DNA of 64,000 nucleotides from an uncultured delta proteobacterium (GCA_963796215.1 CAWCKU010000020.1:29030-93029); one strand, 5' to 3'. Shown: positions 1-12,615, numbered from the stretch's first letter. Numbers and translations are program-made. Notes: generated from the sequence alone by a model not told the origin.

Positions 1-622
1 CCGCCGGGCTGTACCGCTTTCACCATAACCTGGAGGCCGCGGCCTCGCATTTCCCCCAGCATTTGCACCACCCATACCTACGCCGAGCGGGTGGCCACCA
101 TCGAGGCGGCCCAGGCGGCGGGCCTCAGCGTCTGCGCCGGGGGCATCCTGGGGCTGGGGGAGACGCGTGGCCCAGCGCTGGGAACTGGCCCAGGCCCTTA
201 AGGACCTGGCGGTGGACGCCATTCCCCTGAACTTTTTGCACCCCCTGCCGGGCACGGCCCTGGCGGACCGGCCATTGCTGGCGCCCTTGGAGGCCCTGAA
301 GGCCGTGGCCGCCTTTCGCCTGATGCATCCGGAGCGCTCCATCATCATCTGCGGCGGCCGCCAGGTGACCCTGCGGTCCCTGAGCCCCCTGGTTTTTGCC
401 GCCGGGGCCGACGCCCTGATGACCGGCGACTACCTCACCACCCGGGGCCGCCTGCCGGAGGAGGACCGGCAGATGCTGGCGGATTTGGGGTTGGAGTTGG
501 CGGAGGGTAAGGAAATTGGGGGAGGGGGCCAAGGGCCGATGGCCCCTGCCCCCTCCCCCAAACCCCCACCCCCAATCCCCATATGTATAATTGGGAGGCC
601 AGCGGTGCCATACCCCAGGTGA
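1..622 (+). CDS. bioB: Biotin synthase, C-terminal part (runs off window start; frameshifted)
   Basis: HNLE..., [21 protein letters not shown] and LMTGDYLTT motifs; first gene of a bio cluster; exact stop uncertain (~510 or 622). Confidence 0.9.
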
Positions 623-645
623 CACGCCTAGCTACCAAGATTTAT

Positions 646-1361
646 ATGGAATTACCGCAACTTCCACCGATCAAAGGCATCTTCGTCACCGGCACCGACA
701 CCGACGTGGGCAAGACGGTGATCGCCGCCGGCCTGACCGCGGCCCTGCGGCGCCGGGGGGTGGCGGCGGTCTATTTTAAGCCCATGCAGAGCGGCTGCCC
801 GGAGGAGGCGGGCAAACTGGTCCCCACGGACGCCAGGTTTGCCCGGGACCTGGCGGGCTTGGACGAGCCCCTGGAGCTGCTCGCCCCGTAGCCCTGCGGC
901 TGCCCCTGGCCCCGGGAGTGGCCGCGGCCCGGGAGGGGGTGACGGTGGATTTGGGCCGCATCGCCGGGGCCTCCGGGAACTGGCGGGGCGCTATGACTTC
1001 TTCGTGGTGGAAGGCGCCGGGGGCCTGTACGTCCCCCTGATCGACACCTCCTTTCTGGTGCTGGACCTGATCCGCTGGCTTAGGCTGCCGCTGCTGGTGG
1101 TGGCCCGGGCCGGCCTGGGCACCATCAATCACACGGCCCTGACGGTCATGGCGGCCCGGCAGGCCGGGATCGAGGTGGCCGGGATTATCCTGAACCGCTG
1201 CTCCGAGACCCCCGGCCTGGCGGAGCAGACCAATCCGGGGGTGATCGAGGCCATCACCGGGCCGGCCCATCCTGGCCCGGGTGCCGGAAATGGTCGACCT
1301 CAATGAGGCGGCGGGCCGGGAAGCTCTAATGGCGGCTCTGGATGGAGTTGCCGTTGCTTAG
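646..1361 (+). CDS. bioD: Dethiobiotin synthetase (split by indels)
   Basis: IFVTGTDTDVGKT P-loop, FKPMQSG, VVEGAGG and LGTINHT spread across ORFs 583-891 and 839-1306. Confidence 0.93.
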
Positions 1362-1510
1362 CGTGAAGTCAAATCCCTAAATCCTCTTTTTCAAAGGGGG
1401 ACTTCAAAACCTCCCCGTTGAAAAGGGGACGGGGATTGTAATTCTCGTGCGGTGAAACATTGGTGAAGCATGAACGTTTACCTGACCGCTGAAAGCTGAC
1501 CGCTGAAGCT

Positions 1511-2692
1511 ATGTTAGAGCAATTGTCCCAAGAATTGGCCGCCCTGGAGTCCCAGGCCCTGCGGCGGCGTCTGCAGGTGGTGGAGGAGGTCCTGCCCGGC
1601 GGCAGGGTGCGCCTGGACGGGCAGGTCCTGCTCAACCTCTCCTCCAACGACTACCTGGGGCTGGCCCAGGACCCCCGGCTCATTGAGGCGGCCCAGGCCG
1701 CCGCGGCCCGCTGGGGCACCGGGGCCGGGGCCTCCCGGCTGGTGGTCGGCCACCTGGCGCTGCACGAGGCGGTGGAGGCGCAGTTGGCAGCCTTCAAAGG
1801 GACCCAGGCGGCGGTCATCTTCAGCACCGGCTACATGGCCAACCTGGGGGTGATCTCCGCCCTGGTGGGGCCCGGGGACGCGGTCTTCGGCGACAAGCTC
1901 AACCACGCCAGCATCTATGACGGCATCAAGCTCTCCGGGGCGCAGCTCTGCAGCGCTTTCCCCACCGGGATTTGAACCGCCTGGAGGAGCTCTTACAGAA
2001 ATCCCCAGGGAGCACAGGCGGCGCCTGATCATCACCGACTCGGTCTTTTCGGTGGACGGCGACCTGGCCCCGCTGGCGGAACTGGTGGCTCTGAAGGAGC
2101 GCTTCGGGGCGGCGCTGATGATCGACGAAGCCCACGCCACCGGGGTCCTGGGAGCCCGGGGGGCCGGGATTGGCCGAGGCCCTGGGGCTGACCGAGCGGG
2201 TGGAGGTGCATATGGGCACTTTCTCCAAGGCCCTGGGGTCCCTGGGGGGCTATGTGGCCGGAGATCGGCGGCTCATCGATTACCTGCACAACCGGGCCCG
2301 GTCTTTCATCTATTCCACCGCCCTGGCGCCGCCGGTCCTGGGCGCCATTGAGGCGGCCCTGGCGATCGTGGCCCGGGAGCCGCGAGCGGCGCGCCTATCT
2401 TCTGGAGGAGTCGGAGAAATTTCGCCGGGGCCTGATGTCTGCCGGCCTGGATACCCTCGGGAGCGAGACCCAGATCGTGCCGGTGCTGGTGGGGGACAAT
2501 GCCCGGACCCTGGAGTTTGCCGCCCTGCTTCGGCAGCAGGGGCTGATGGCGGTGGCCCTGCGGCCCCCCACGGTGCCGCCGGGACGAGCCCGGGTGCGCT
2601 TTTCCCTGTCCGCGGCCCACGCCCGGGAAGATTTGCGCCGGGCCCTGGAGACCATTATCAGTACCGCCCGGGAAATGGGCCTGGGACGATGA
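1511..2692 (+). CDS. bioF: 8-amino-7-oxononanoate synthase (split by indels)
   Basis: [43 protein letters not shown] (PLP lysine) and RPPTVP in successive frames. Confidence 0.93.
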
Positions 2693-3412
2693 AGACCCTG
2701 GTGCTGCTCCACGGCTGGGGCGCCTCCGGGGCGTATCTGGCAGCGCCAGACGGTGGCCTTCGGAGGCGAAGGCCGCGTCCTGACCCCGGAGATTCCCAGG
2801 TGGGAGGCCGGCTGGCTGGCGGAGTATCTGGCCGCGGGTCTCTCCGGGAAAGCGTCCTGGTGGGCTGGTCCCTGGGGGGCATGCTGCTGCTGGAGGCCCT
2901 GGCCCGCCTCGAGGGGCCGACGCCGCTGGCCACGGTGCTGGTGGGGGTGGCCCCGGTCTTTTGCCGGCGGCCGGACCACCCCTGGGGGCAGCCGGTGGCC
3001 GCGGTGCGGGCCATGCGCCGGGCCCTGAGGAGTGACCCGCGCCGGGTCATTAACGATTTTGCCAGGGCCTGCCTGGCTCCGGGTGAGGAATCCTATCGGC
3101 CGGAAGTCGCGGCCGGCTTCGATTTCACGGCCACCGCGGCCCACCTGGCCCAGGGGCTGGATTACCTCAGGGATAAAGACCTGCGGGGCCTGCTGCCCGC
3201 GTATTCCGGGCCGAGTGATCATCATCCAGGGGGAACAGGACAAGATCGTCCCCCCGGCCCAGGGGCGGTTTCTTCAGGAGCATTTGCCGGAATCGAGATT
3301 GCACCTGTTGGCAGGCGCCGGACATCTGCCTTTCTTAACCCAGGCGGCAGCCTTTAATGACATTTTAAGAGATTGCTTAGACATAAGAACTTCAGCATTC
3401 TGGTCATCCTGA
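2689..3412 (+). CDS. bioH: BioH-like alpha/beta hydrolase (pimeloyl-ACP methyl ester esterase), split by indels
   Basis: [14 protein letters not shown] nucleophile elbow, [11 protein letters not shown] and AGHLPF; ATGA overlap with bioF. Confidence 0.8.
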
Positions 3413-3466
3413 GCGCCACGCAGGATCTCGTATTGAGATTCTCGGTCGCTGCTCCCTCAGAATGAC
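3403..3466. repeat. Palindromic REP/MITE-like element (GTCATCCTGAGCG...CTCAGAATGAC)
   Basis: Imperfect hairpin; related core at ~17149-17220. Confidence 0.7.
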
Positions 3467-3490
3467 ATTTCAATAAATTTCTAGACCAAA

Positions 3491-4331
3491 CTGGAAACGA
3501 TCATCTGGATATAAAGCAAGGCATCAGGCGGAATTTTGCCAGGCGGGCGGGGTCTTATGACCGCCAGGCCTGCGTGCAGCGCCTCATGGCCCAGGGATTG
3601 CTGGCCCTGGTGGAGGGCCGGCTGCCCCGGGCGGGGCGCATCCTGGAGATCGGCTGCGGCACCGGCTATTTTACCCAATTGCTCAAGCAGGGCTGCAACG
3701 GGGCCTCCCTGGTGGCCCTGGACCTGGATGCGGCGCTGGTGGCCGCGGCCCGGCGAAAGGCTGGGGGCGGCCGCCGGGGTGGCCTGGCTGGTGGCCGACG
3801 GCGAGACCCTGAGCCGGGGGAGCTTCGACGCCATCGTGGCCAATGCCAGCTTCCAGTGGCTCACCCGGCCGGCCGCGTCCCTGGCGGCTTACTTTGACCT
3901 CCTCAACCCCGGCGGGACCCTGGCCTTCTCCACCCTGGGGCCCGGGACCTTCCGGGAACTGGCGGACTCCCTGGAGCAGGCCGCCGCCGCGGTGCAGGTC
4001 TCCGACCAGCCGGCCATCGCGGCCCAGGGCTTCCTGGATGAGGAGGCCTGGGCCGGAATTATTGGCCGGGGCCGGCTTCCGCATGGTGAAGCTGGCCCGG
4101 GAGTGCGTCACCACCACCTATCCCTCGGTGCCGGCCTTTCTCAAGGCCCTCCAGGCCATGGGGGCCACCAACCCCGAGCCCCGGCCCTTTTCTCCCCGGC
4201 TGCTCAAGGCCCTGATGCAGGCCTACCGGGAAGGCTACGGCGCAGACGGCGCCATCCCGGTAAGCTACGAAATCATCTGGGCCGTGGCGCGGAAAGGCAG
4301 TGGTCAGTGGCCAGTGGTCAGTGGTCAGTAG
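3491..4331 (+). CDS. bioC: BioC-like malonyl-ACP O-methyltransferase (split by indels; start approximate)
   Basis: RRNFARRAGSYD, ILEIGCGTG, ANASFQW, AFSTLGPGTFREL and LKALQAMGA; position in bio operon. Confidence 0.82.
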
Positions 4332-4446
4332 GGGCGACCCGCTGGGTCGCCCTCTTGTTGCAATGGCATCCAAAGTCCCGAAATAAAAGGCAGGCCCAAG
4401 AGCCTGCCCTTCTCGAAACTCAAAACTCGAAACTCGAAACTCAAAC
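4298..4446. repeat. Heptamer tandem repeats (CAGTGGT)n and (AAACTCG)n flanking a GTAG-type REP hairpin at 4328-4353
   Basis: Directly visible; REP GTAGGGGCGACCCGCTGGGTCGCCCT recurs as an exact reverse complement at 17257-17282. Confidence 0.8.
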
Positions 4447-4974
4447 GGGTTGGACCCAGGTGGCCTGGGGGCCTTCTCGTGCCCTTCCTCCTGGCCGAAT
4501 TTCACCGCCGTCCCCGGATTCAGCTCGGCAAAACTGCCTTTTTTCACGGCATTGGCATGGAAATAGACCTCCAGGCCGTCGTCGGTTCCGATGAAGCCGT
4601 ACTCCCGGCCGGGAAGAGGCGGAGAATCCGGCCCTGATGGGTGAATTCCTCGTGGGCCTTGACCTTCTGCTGCGTAATCTGGCAGTGCTCCGCCAAACGG
4701 CGGTCCAGGGCATCGAAGGCTTCCACCAGCAAAGGCAAAACGAATTCTCCCTGGCTGCTTAATGGTGATGACATCCCCGGGCACGTTGACCACCAGGTGG
4801 ACCTCGAAGGTCCCGAGATGGTGGTGGGCGGTGCCGATGATTTCCACCCGGGCGTGCAGGATGGGGCCGCAGTAGTGCTTTTGCAGGCGCCCCAGTTCGG
4901 CTTCGATCTTCTGCCCGCCACTCCGGCAGGATTTCCACCTGTTGGCCTTCAATATGAATATCCAGCGGCAGCAT
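4441..4974 (-). CDS. HPF/RaiA-family ribosome-associated protein with C-terminal cold-shock domain (split by indels)
   Basis: N-terminal LPLDIHIEG...ARVEII...HHHLG...VHLVVNVPG; C-terminal YGFIGTDDGLEVYFHANAV cold-shock motif. Confidence 0.8.
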
Positions 4975-5099
4975 GGTCCCACCTCCTGAAGACGTGCAAT
5001 TTGACCTCTTTCAGTTAAGGTGTGCGGCCGGGCTTGTCAATGGGAGGGGGAAGGTAGGGTGCGCCCTGCGCACCAAAGACCACAGGCTGGAAGCCTGCG

Positions 5100-5981
5100 C
5101 TACTGCGTGCCGATGAAGAAGGGGCGGAAGGCGGCTTCGTCCCGGGCCAGGTTGTTTTGTAAGGTGCTCAAGCATCGCGGCTTTATCTTCCGGCAAGCTG
5201 GCCCGCCACGTTGACGTAATTGGTGTAGTGGTCGCTGGTCATCCGGGTGGGCACGGTGATGGCCTCAATCAGGGCCATGGTCTCCCGGATGACCCCGTGG
5301 GGGCCGAGCAGCTGGAAGCGCCCGGCCTGGATATCCGCCAGCAGCGGGGTGTTGATCTTGGGGACCAGGGTGCGGAGGCGCACCACGTCCGGCGCCATCT
5401 CGTTGATGACCCGGGCGGTCTCCCGGGCGTGGCTGGCCGTCCGCTCCTGGCCGCCGAGCCCCAGGATGACGTAGGCAGTTGAGTTCCAGCCCCGCCTGGC
5501 GCGCCAGCCGGCCGGCCGCCACCTGGGTCCCGGCGGTCGGCGCCTTTCTTGACCTCGGGCCAGGATGTCGTCGTCGCCGCTTTCCAGGCCCAGGTGAATC
5601 CGGTTGAGGCCGGCGGCCGCCAAGATCTCGGAGATTTTCCAGGCCTTTGCGGTAAATGTACTGGGCCGAGCCGTACACCGTGATGCGTTCCAGCCGGGGG
5701 AAAAGGGAGGAGGCGTACCGGCAGATCTCGGCTAAGGCCGCGGTGGGCATGGCGATGGTGTTGCCGGCGGGCAGAAAGATGGTGCGGACCGTATCGCCGT
5801 AGGTCCGGAAGGCCTCCTCCAGGTCCTCCTTGACCTCATGAGTGGGGCGGACCTTGAACTTCACTCCTTGCTTATAGACCATGCAGAAGGTGCAGAGGTT
5901 GTGGGGGCAGCCCACGGTGGCCTGGATCAGGAGGCTGTCGGCCTCGCTGGGCGGCCGGTAGATGGGGCCTTCGTAACGCAT
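5100..5981 (-). CDS. Radical SAM protein (split by indels)
   Basis: MRYEGPIYRPPSEADSLLIQATVGCPHNLCTFC (CxxxCxxC), GLESGDD and SDHYTNY; ends PFFIGTQ*. Confidence 0.85.
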
Positions 5982-6005
5982 GATCAGTTGCCAGTTACCA
6001 GTAAC

Positions 6006-6111
6006 CCCCCTCCCTGCGAGGGGAGGGGGCTGGGGGGAGGGTGGCAACTGGTTTCTGAATACCAAAGATGACGCCACCCCCACCCTAACCCTCCCCCCTC
6101 AAGGGGGAGGG
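6006..6111. repeat. Paired C/G-rich intergenic palindromes (CCCTCCC...GGGAGGG type)
   Basis: Inverted pair; similar elements at ~517-580, ~1371-1438 and ~15260-15290. Confidence 0.6.
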
Positions 6112-6189
6112 AATTTCTTATTCTCCTGCATGGACAGAGGCGGCCTGCATTGAAATCTGTTTTTAGAGCAGCGCCATCACCAACCGCAC

Positions 6190-6606
6190 CTACTTTTCCC
6201 CCTCCAGGCGCTGCTTCATCTCCTTGTTCTGGCGCACCAGCTCCCGCCAGCGCATGGCCTTGTCGATGGCCAGCAGGATCTGTTCCTTGCGGAAGGGCTT
6301 GGTGATGTAGTCGAAGGCCCCTTTGGCCATGGCCTCCTCCGCCGACTCCAGGGAGCCGTAGGCGGTGATGACCATGACCAGGGCGTCGGCGTCCCGCTGC
6401 TTGGCCAGGGCCAGGAGTTCCAGGCCGTCCATGCCCGGCATCTTGAGGTCGGTGAGGATCAGGTCGAAGGTCTCCTTTTCCAGGAGTTCGGCCGCTTCCA
6501 GGGGGTTGTTGGTGGCGGTCACCTGGTGGTCGGAATAGCCCTCGATGATCATCTTCAGCAGGGCCAGCATGTCCAGTTCGTCATCGACGGCCAGAATACG
6601 TCCCAT
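6190..6606 (-). CDS. Single-domain response regulator (receiver)
   Basis: ILAVDDE, DLILTDLKMPGMDG, ITAYGS and DYITKPF. Confidence 0.92.
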   Translation of the reverse strand: MGRILAVDDELDMLALLKMIIEGYSDHQVTATNNPLEAAELLEKETFDLILTDLKMPGMDGLELLALAKQRDADALVMVITAYGSLESAEEAMAKGAFDYITKPFRKEQILLAIDKAMRWRELVRQNKEMKQRLEGEK

Positions 6607-6723
6607 TATTTGATTCTCCCTGGTGCGTGGAACGCACCTTACGTGGCTGCTATAGCCGCCCATAAGGCGTACGGCCGCACGCCGAATGTGCGGCGGGCCA
6701 CAGGCGACGCCTACTATCCGAAA

Positions 6724-9257
6724 TTACCCCCGCTCCAGGTTATAGCCGCCGGTGATGAACTCCTGGTAGCAGCGGTCGGCTTCGTCGTCGGAGAGCATCA
6801 CCATGTCCAGCTGTTTGCTGACCATCATCAGGCGGCCCAGGATCTCCAGCTTCTGCTCCAGGACGGCGGGCTCCGCCTGGTCGGCCCGGGCGGTGATGGA
6901 ATCCTCCTTGATCTCGACCCGGAAATCGAGGTGCTGCAGGACCAGGGACAGGAAGCGCACCCGCCGCATACGCCGGGTCAATTCGGCCCCGCCGCCGTAA
7001 AAGGTGAAGCTGACGTAGCTGTCCGCGGCGGTCCCCAAAAAGGACTCGATGGTGGCGAAGTGAAAGCCCAGGCGGTTGGACAGGTTCAGGTAATCATCGG
7101 TAATGATGGCAAAATTCTTTTCGTGGAGCTTTTCCTGGATATTGGTGTCGGTGGCGGCGCTCATCACCACGGAGAGGAAGCCGGCCAGGTCCACGGGCTT
7201 GGGGCCCTTCCAGCCCACCGCGGTGACTCCCTTCCAGTAGGCCAGCATGGGCCGGGAGCGCAGGTGCTCGGGCGTGCACCTGCACCAGGTCGGCGGCCTC
7301 GGGGGCCAGGCCGCCCCCCAGGTCGATGAGGTGCAGGTCCAGGGGCAGCGGGCTCACCAGCCGCCGGGTGCCGTCGGCCGACTGCCGGCCGGCGGACATC
7401 TGGAAGAGCTCCTCCATGGCCTTTTCGTGGGCGAAGCGGGTGATGTCGTGATAGGTGCGGCAGGCCTCGGGGCGGAAGTTCTCCGCCCGGGGGTCCAGGA
7501 GGTTCAGAGGGGTGATGTGCTTCAAGGCCCGCTCCAGCACCTTGAAGGCCCGGCTCTGGCGCACCACCTCGTCGCCGCCCCGGGGCGCCTGGAGCAGCTC
7601 AGCCACCTCGGCCGGCGTAAACGTTGCCGTAAAAGGCGTCCACCGTCACCAGGTCGCCTTCCAGGAGCAGGCCGGCGGCGCCTTTGGCGCCGAAGACGGC
7701 GGGCAGCCGGGCCTCTCTGAGGACCGTGGCCAGGTGGCTGGTGGCGCTGCCGGCCTCCGAAACCACGGCGGCGGCCCGGCCCACCGCCAGGGCATACTCC
7801 GGCGAGGCCTGGCTGGTCACCAGCACCACTCCCGAGAGGAATCTCCTTGAGGGCTTCGTCCTTGAGGTGATAGACCCGCCCCGCCGCCGCCCCCCGGGAG
7901 GCGACGATGCCGTTTTCCAGGAGCACCTCGGCCCCTTTGATTTTGGGAGGCAGATAATCGCTGCGCAGCTGGCGGCTGACCCGCAGCGGCCGGGCCTGGA
8001 GCAGGTAGAACGAGCCGTCCGGTCCCAGGGCCCACTCGATGTCCTGGGGTCCGCCGAAATGTTCTCTAACGGTGCGGCCCAGGGCGGTCAGGGCCAGGAC
8101 CTGTGTCCTCCGACAGGCACGGCCCCAGGCGCGCCGCCGGGATCTCCAGGTCCAGGATGCCGCCCTCGGGGCGCCGCGACGTGCATCCGGGTCTTTTCAC
8201 CCACGTGACTGGCCACAATCCGGCCTTCTTCCACCCGGAAGATGTCCGGCTCCACCACGCCGCCCACGGCCAGGGAGCCCAGGCCGCAGACGGCGTTGAT
8301 GATGGTGGCGCCGCCGCCCCGGGGATCGTCGGTGTAGAGGACGCCGGCGGTTTGGGCCGCCACCATCTCCATGACCACCACCCCCATGGCCAGCTCCTGG
8401 TAGGAAAAGCCGCTGGTGTGGCAGTAGTAAAGAGACCGGGGAGTGAACTGGGAGGCGATGACCTCCTTGTAGCGCTCCGCCACCCGCTCCCGGGGCACGT
8501 TGAGGATGGTCTCGAACTGGCCGGCGAAGCTGAACTGGCTGTCTTCCTGGAGGGCGGAGGAGCGCACCGCCACCCGATCCGAGGGCAGCCGCGCCAGTTG
8601 GGCGGCGATTTCCCGGGCCAGGTCCCCGGGCAGTTCCTGGGCCATGATGCGCTCCCGGATGGCCTCGCCGGCCTCCCGCAGGGACTCCAGGTCCCGGATA
8701 TGGGAGTGGGAGATGGCCCGGCGGATGAAGGCCTCCAGGCCGGCGGCTTCGAAGAAGAGCTTTTGGGCGTAGGCGCTCATCCCGAAGCCGGCGGGCACCT
8801 GGAGCCCCAGACGGGTGAGTTCGCCCAGCTTTTCGGCCTTGCCCCCGTAGAATATCCCTTCCCGCACTTCCTTCAGGGGCAGGACCAGGGGCACCGGGGT
8901 CAGTTTGATGCCCACGGCCAAATCCTCGGCCACTAACTGCGCCACCCGGCGCCGCGCCTCTTCCAGGCCGGGGTAGCGGCCGCCGGACATGGCCGTCAGG
9001 GCCGCCACCAGGGTCTCCACTTCCCGGCCCAGGCGCTCGCAGGCCTGGCGGACATAGTGCATGTCGAAGAGGAAGCCTTCGCTCACCTTGTCCTGGAGGT
9101 CCGCCACGATGGTGAGGATGGCGCTGTTGGCCGCCAGCAGCCGCTTATACTGGAGGTAGCGCTCCAGCAGCGCCGGGGGCGGCCCCAGGGAGACTGACTG
9201 GGGAGAGCGGTTCTTCCGGTTGAACCATTTTTTCAATTTGCGCAGGGCCGCGGCCAC
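6724..9257 (-). CDS. PEP-synthase/PPDK-like protein (nucleotide-binding plus phospho-histidine domains), split by indels
   Basis: YGGKAEKLGEL, VAVRSSALQED...SFAGQFET, GSATSHLATVLRE and YHDITRFAHE. Confidence 0.82.
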
Positions 9258-9509
9258 TGCGTTTTTCCTTAAATCAGGCTGATTCCAACTGAATTATAAT
9301 GCAAAGCGTCCGCTGCCTCAATGTAAAAGGCACGAGACGATTCGACCCCCGGCAGAATAACAAGGCCCCAGAGATTTAAAAGGAAAATTTACTTTTCACC
9401 AATTATTATTATATTAATATCTCTGTTATTCAGGATCTTTCAGGAAGAGGGTCCTCACCGCGGGATGAAGTTCGAGGGTGGTTAAATCTTGAGGCCAGGA
9501 GGCATCCTC

Positions 9510-10026
9510 ATGAATATTGAGCCTACTGAACAACCGAGTTGGGGCCCCGCGGGGAAGCCCCGCGTTGAAAATCCGGTTAAGGTCACCCTAAATATCCCAG
9601 TTTATTATTATGAGGAAGACGGCACCTTGAGCCCGAATAACAGCGTTTTCTGCGGCCAGGCCTTTGCAGAGACCGTTCTGGCCAAGTGTTCCCGGATTCT
9701 GCAGGATGACAATTTTGCCCTGGTCCATTTGGGGTTTTATAACCCACGCCCAGGCCCGCCGCAAAGACGGTACCTTGATTCAGCCCGTCAGATGGAGCAA
9801 CCACGCCTATGGCGAGGCTGTGGACTTTAAGGGCGTGGTCACTGAAAACGGTGCAGGTGAGTTTCTGGGGATCGCCGAGATGAAAGAGCAATGCCCCGAT
9901 AAGTTAGACTTCTTGATCGACGCTTGTAACCAGGCCATCATCGCCATTCAACGGAAACCCGAAATCGTCGACGAAGGGGATTGGTGCCATATCGGCTTGT
10001 GGCCCAAGAAGAGGCGGCCTGATTAA
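9510..10026 (+). CDS. Extensin-like / M15-type Zn peptidase-fold protein (one frameshift near 9750)
   Basis: GFYNPR...SNHAYGEAVD...WCHIG matches the SxHxxxxAxD...H zinc motif. Confidence 0.6.
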
Positions 10027-10749
10027 TTGAAAAAACCGAGTTTGCCACCACCGGCAGGTGAAAAACCGAGCCCACGAAAGGGGGCGTCCGAATCGCCTGG
10101 TTGGTCTTATCGCTTGTCTCCCCGGCTGCTGCTCCGGACCCGGCCCCGGCCGCGGGCTGAGGTTGGGGAGCAAATCATCCTGGTGGAAAGCGGCGAAGCC
10201 TTCCCCCCCGGCCATCCCAGCACCCGCCTGTGCCTGGACTTGCTCCTGGAGGTCCTGGAGGAAGGATCGCCAGCCAGCCTCCTGGATGTGGGCTGCGGCG
10301 CCGGCGTCCTGAGCCTGGCGGCCGCCGCCCTGGGGGTGGACCGGGTGCTGGGAGTGGATCTTGCTTCCCGGGCCGTCCGGGCCACCCGGGAAAACGCCCG
10401 CCGCAATGGTCTGGCCGGGGCTATCCGCGTGGTGCAGGGCTCCAGCGACTGTCTCAAGGCGCCCTTCGACCTGGTGGCGGCCAACCTCCCCTGGGAAGTG
10501 CAGCTGGACCAGGTGCCGGAGTTGCACCGCCTGGCCGCCGGGGGCCGCCTCATCCTGGCAGGATTCCGGGACAACCAGGAAGGTCCGTTACTGGAGCGCT
10601 ACCAGAGGCTGGGCTGGTCCGTCAAACGGCGCCTGGTCAAGTACTTTCAGCATCCCGAGCTCCCGCCGCACCTGAGCTTCAACTGGGTCGCCTGGTTACT
10701 GACTGAGGGACTCAATCTAAACGGCACAGCCATTAACCTGAAAATCTAA
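10027..10749 (+). CDS. PrmA-like (ribosomal protein L11 methyltransferase family) SAM methyltransferase
   Basis: AFPPGHPSTRLCL, LDVGCGAGVL and FDLVAANL. Confidence 0.8.
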   Translation: MKKPSLPPPAGEKPSPRKGASESPGWSYRLSPRLLLRTRPRPRAEVGEQIILVESGEAFPPGHPSTRLCLDLLLEVLEEGSPASLLDVGCGAGVLSLAAAALGVDRVLGVDLASRAVRATRENARRNGLAGAIRVVQGSSDCLKAPFDLVAANLPWEVQLDQVPELHRLAAGGRLILAGFRDNQEGPLLERYQRLGWSVKRRLVKYFQHPELPPHLSFNWVAWLLTEGLNLNGTAINLKI

Positions 10750-10832
10750 TTGACAATTCCAGGGTTTTGCGGTTTCATGGTCTCGTGCCAGCTGTATTCC
10801 GGTACCCGATCTTGCTGCACCGGAGGTGAGCC

Positions 10833-11631
10833 ATGCCTCAATGTCCCCATTGCAAAACCCCGTATGAGCAAAGGCCAACGTTATTGCAGCGTGTGCGGTA
10901 GTTTTTTGCTGCATCCGGATGAAGGGGATACCTTCTGCCCCCAATGCGGGGTGAGGGTCTCGCCCCGGCAGGAATTCTGCCATGAATGCGACGCCCCGCT
11001 GAAGGAAGGGGCTCTCAAGGCGGTCAAGGCGGCTCCCGGCGAGGCGCCCCCGGCCGGTCCGGCCCCCGAGCCGGTCCCGGCGGCGGGGCCCAAGGGGATC
11101 CCTTCCTGGGTCATAGGCTCCGTGGCCGTGGCCGGAATAGTCATCATCATCCTGCTGATCCTGATGTTCAGCCGGACCAGCCCACCGCCGGCGCCCACCG
11201 CCGCGGCGCCCGAGGTCGCAGCCCCAGCGCCGGCTCCGACCCCCGCGGTTCCGCCCCGGCTCCCGCCGCGCCCCCGCCGCTGACCTGAAAGAGGAACTGC
11301 AAGGGGTGTTGTCGACTTTGCGGGAGGCCCAGTTGAAAAAGAATATCACGCGAATTTATGGGGGTTTATTCCAACACCTTGCCCGAATTACGACCAGAAG
11401 CGCAAAGATGCCCTGGAAGCCTGGCAGAATTTCGATTACGCCTCTCTGGTGTTCACGGTGGATAAAGTCCAGGAAATTGACCCCGATAATGCCCTGGCCT
11501 GGGTCACCTGGTATATGGACCTCCGTAACCGTAAGAACCAGGAGTTTACCAGCGCCACCCAGACCTATCAGGTGCGGTTCGTCAAGGAGATGGGCAACTG
11601 GCGCATCCGTGAACTCAAAGAGGTGCAATAA
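10833..11631 (+). CDS. Zinc-ribbon, single-TM, Pro-rich linker protein with C-terminal NTF2/SnoaL-like domain (split by indels)
   Basis: CPHC, CSVC, CPQC and CHEC motifs, TM helix, APAP linker; C-terminal YQVRFVKEMGNWRIRELKEV. Confidence 0.65.
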
Positions 11632-11642
11632 GGAGAAAACCC

Positions 11643-12464
11643 ATGGAGAGCCGTCATCACCTCCGAGGCCTGTTGCTCTTACTGTTGCTAATCGCGCTGG
11701 CGGGCGCCTGTGCGCCGCCCTCCACCACCACCGCCTATCCGGTGACTCCCAGCTATTATTACGTGGTGCCCACTACCACCTATCTGCGCTCCTGCGCCAG
11801 CTATTCCGACGAATGTTACGTGGTGGCCCAGGTCTTCAGCGGCGACCGGGTCACCGTCCTGGACCGGAACGATTACAACTGGGCCCGGGTGCAGCTGGAC
11901 CGCAGCGGCGTCATCGGCTGGATTCCCGGGGAACTGATCACCCCCAGCCCCGTGCCCAGCAACTTCTACGTGGCCTGGAACAACGTCTACCTGCGGGACT
12001 GCGCCGACTACAACTGCCGCTCGGTGGAACTGCTCCACCGGGGCGACCGGGTGGACAAGCTGGACCAGGACTACCGCGGCTGGTGGCGGGTCAGGTCCAT
12101 CAAGACCGGTATTAGCGGCTGGGTCCCGGCCTCGGCGGTGGCCGCCAGCCCCGGACCGCCTTATTTCTACGTGGCGGTGAGCAGCCTGGCCCTGCGGGCC
12201 GGTCCCAGTACCGGCAACCGCATCCTCACCACTTTGAACCTCAACGACCGGGTGGAGATGCTGGGCATGAATGCCGGCGGCTGGGCCCAGGTGCGGGACC
12301 TGCGCACCAGCATCATCGGCTGGGTGGCGTCCCGCTACCTGGAGTCCTTCCCGGTGAGCCACGCCCGGGCGGTGCCCAAGAAGCGGGCCCCGGCCAAGAA
12401 GAAAGGGCGCCCCGGCTGAGGAGGAGGCCCCGGCCCCGGCCCCGGCCAAGCCCAAGGCCATGTA
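11643..12464 (+). CDS. Lipoprotein with three SH3b domains
   Basis: Lipobox LAGAC; three repeats of YLR...GDRV...WARV/WWRV...GWIP/GWVP; indel in C-terminal tail. Confidence 0.82.
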
Positions 12465-12615
12465 AGCTTACCGTATTAGTGAGAACAAGGAGGGACCCCG
12501 GTGTCAGCCTCGGGGTCCCTCTTTGTTTTTCCGGTTGGCTTTGATATAATTGTTTAATATCATTAAATGTTTCGGCCCCTTGGTCGACACTCGGGGCCAG
12601 AAGCAGCGAGAAAAA

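Noticed and set aside
4298..4446. CRISPR-like repeat array
   Set aside because: Only heptamer tandem repeats and a REP hairpin, with no unique spacers and no cas genes; the same applies to ~39478-39515
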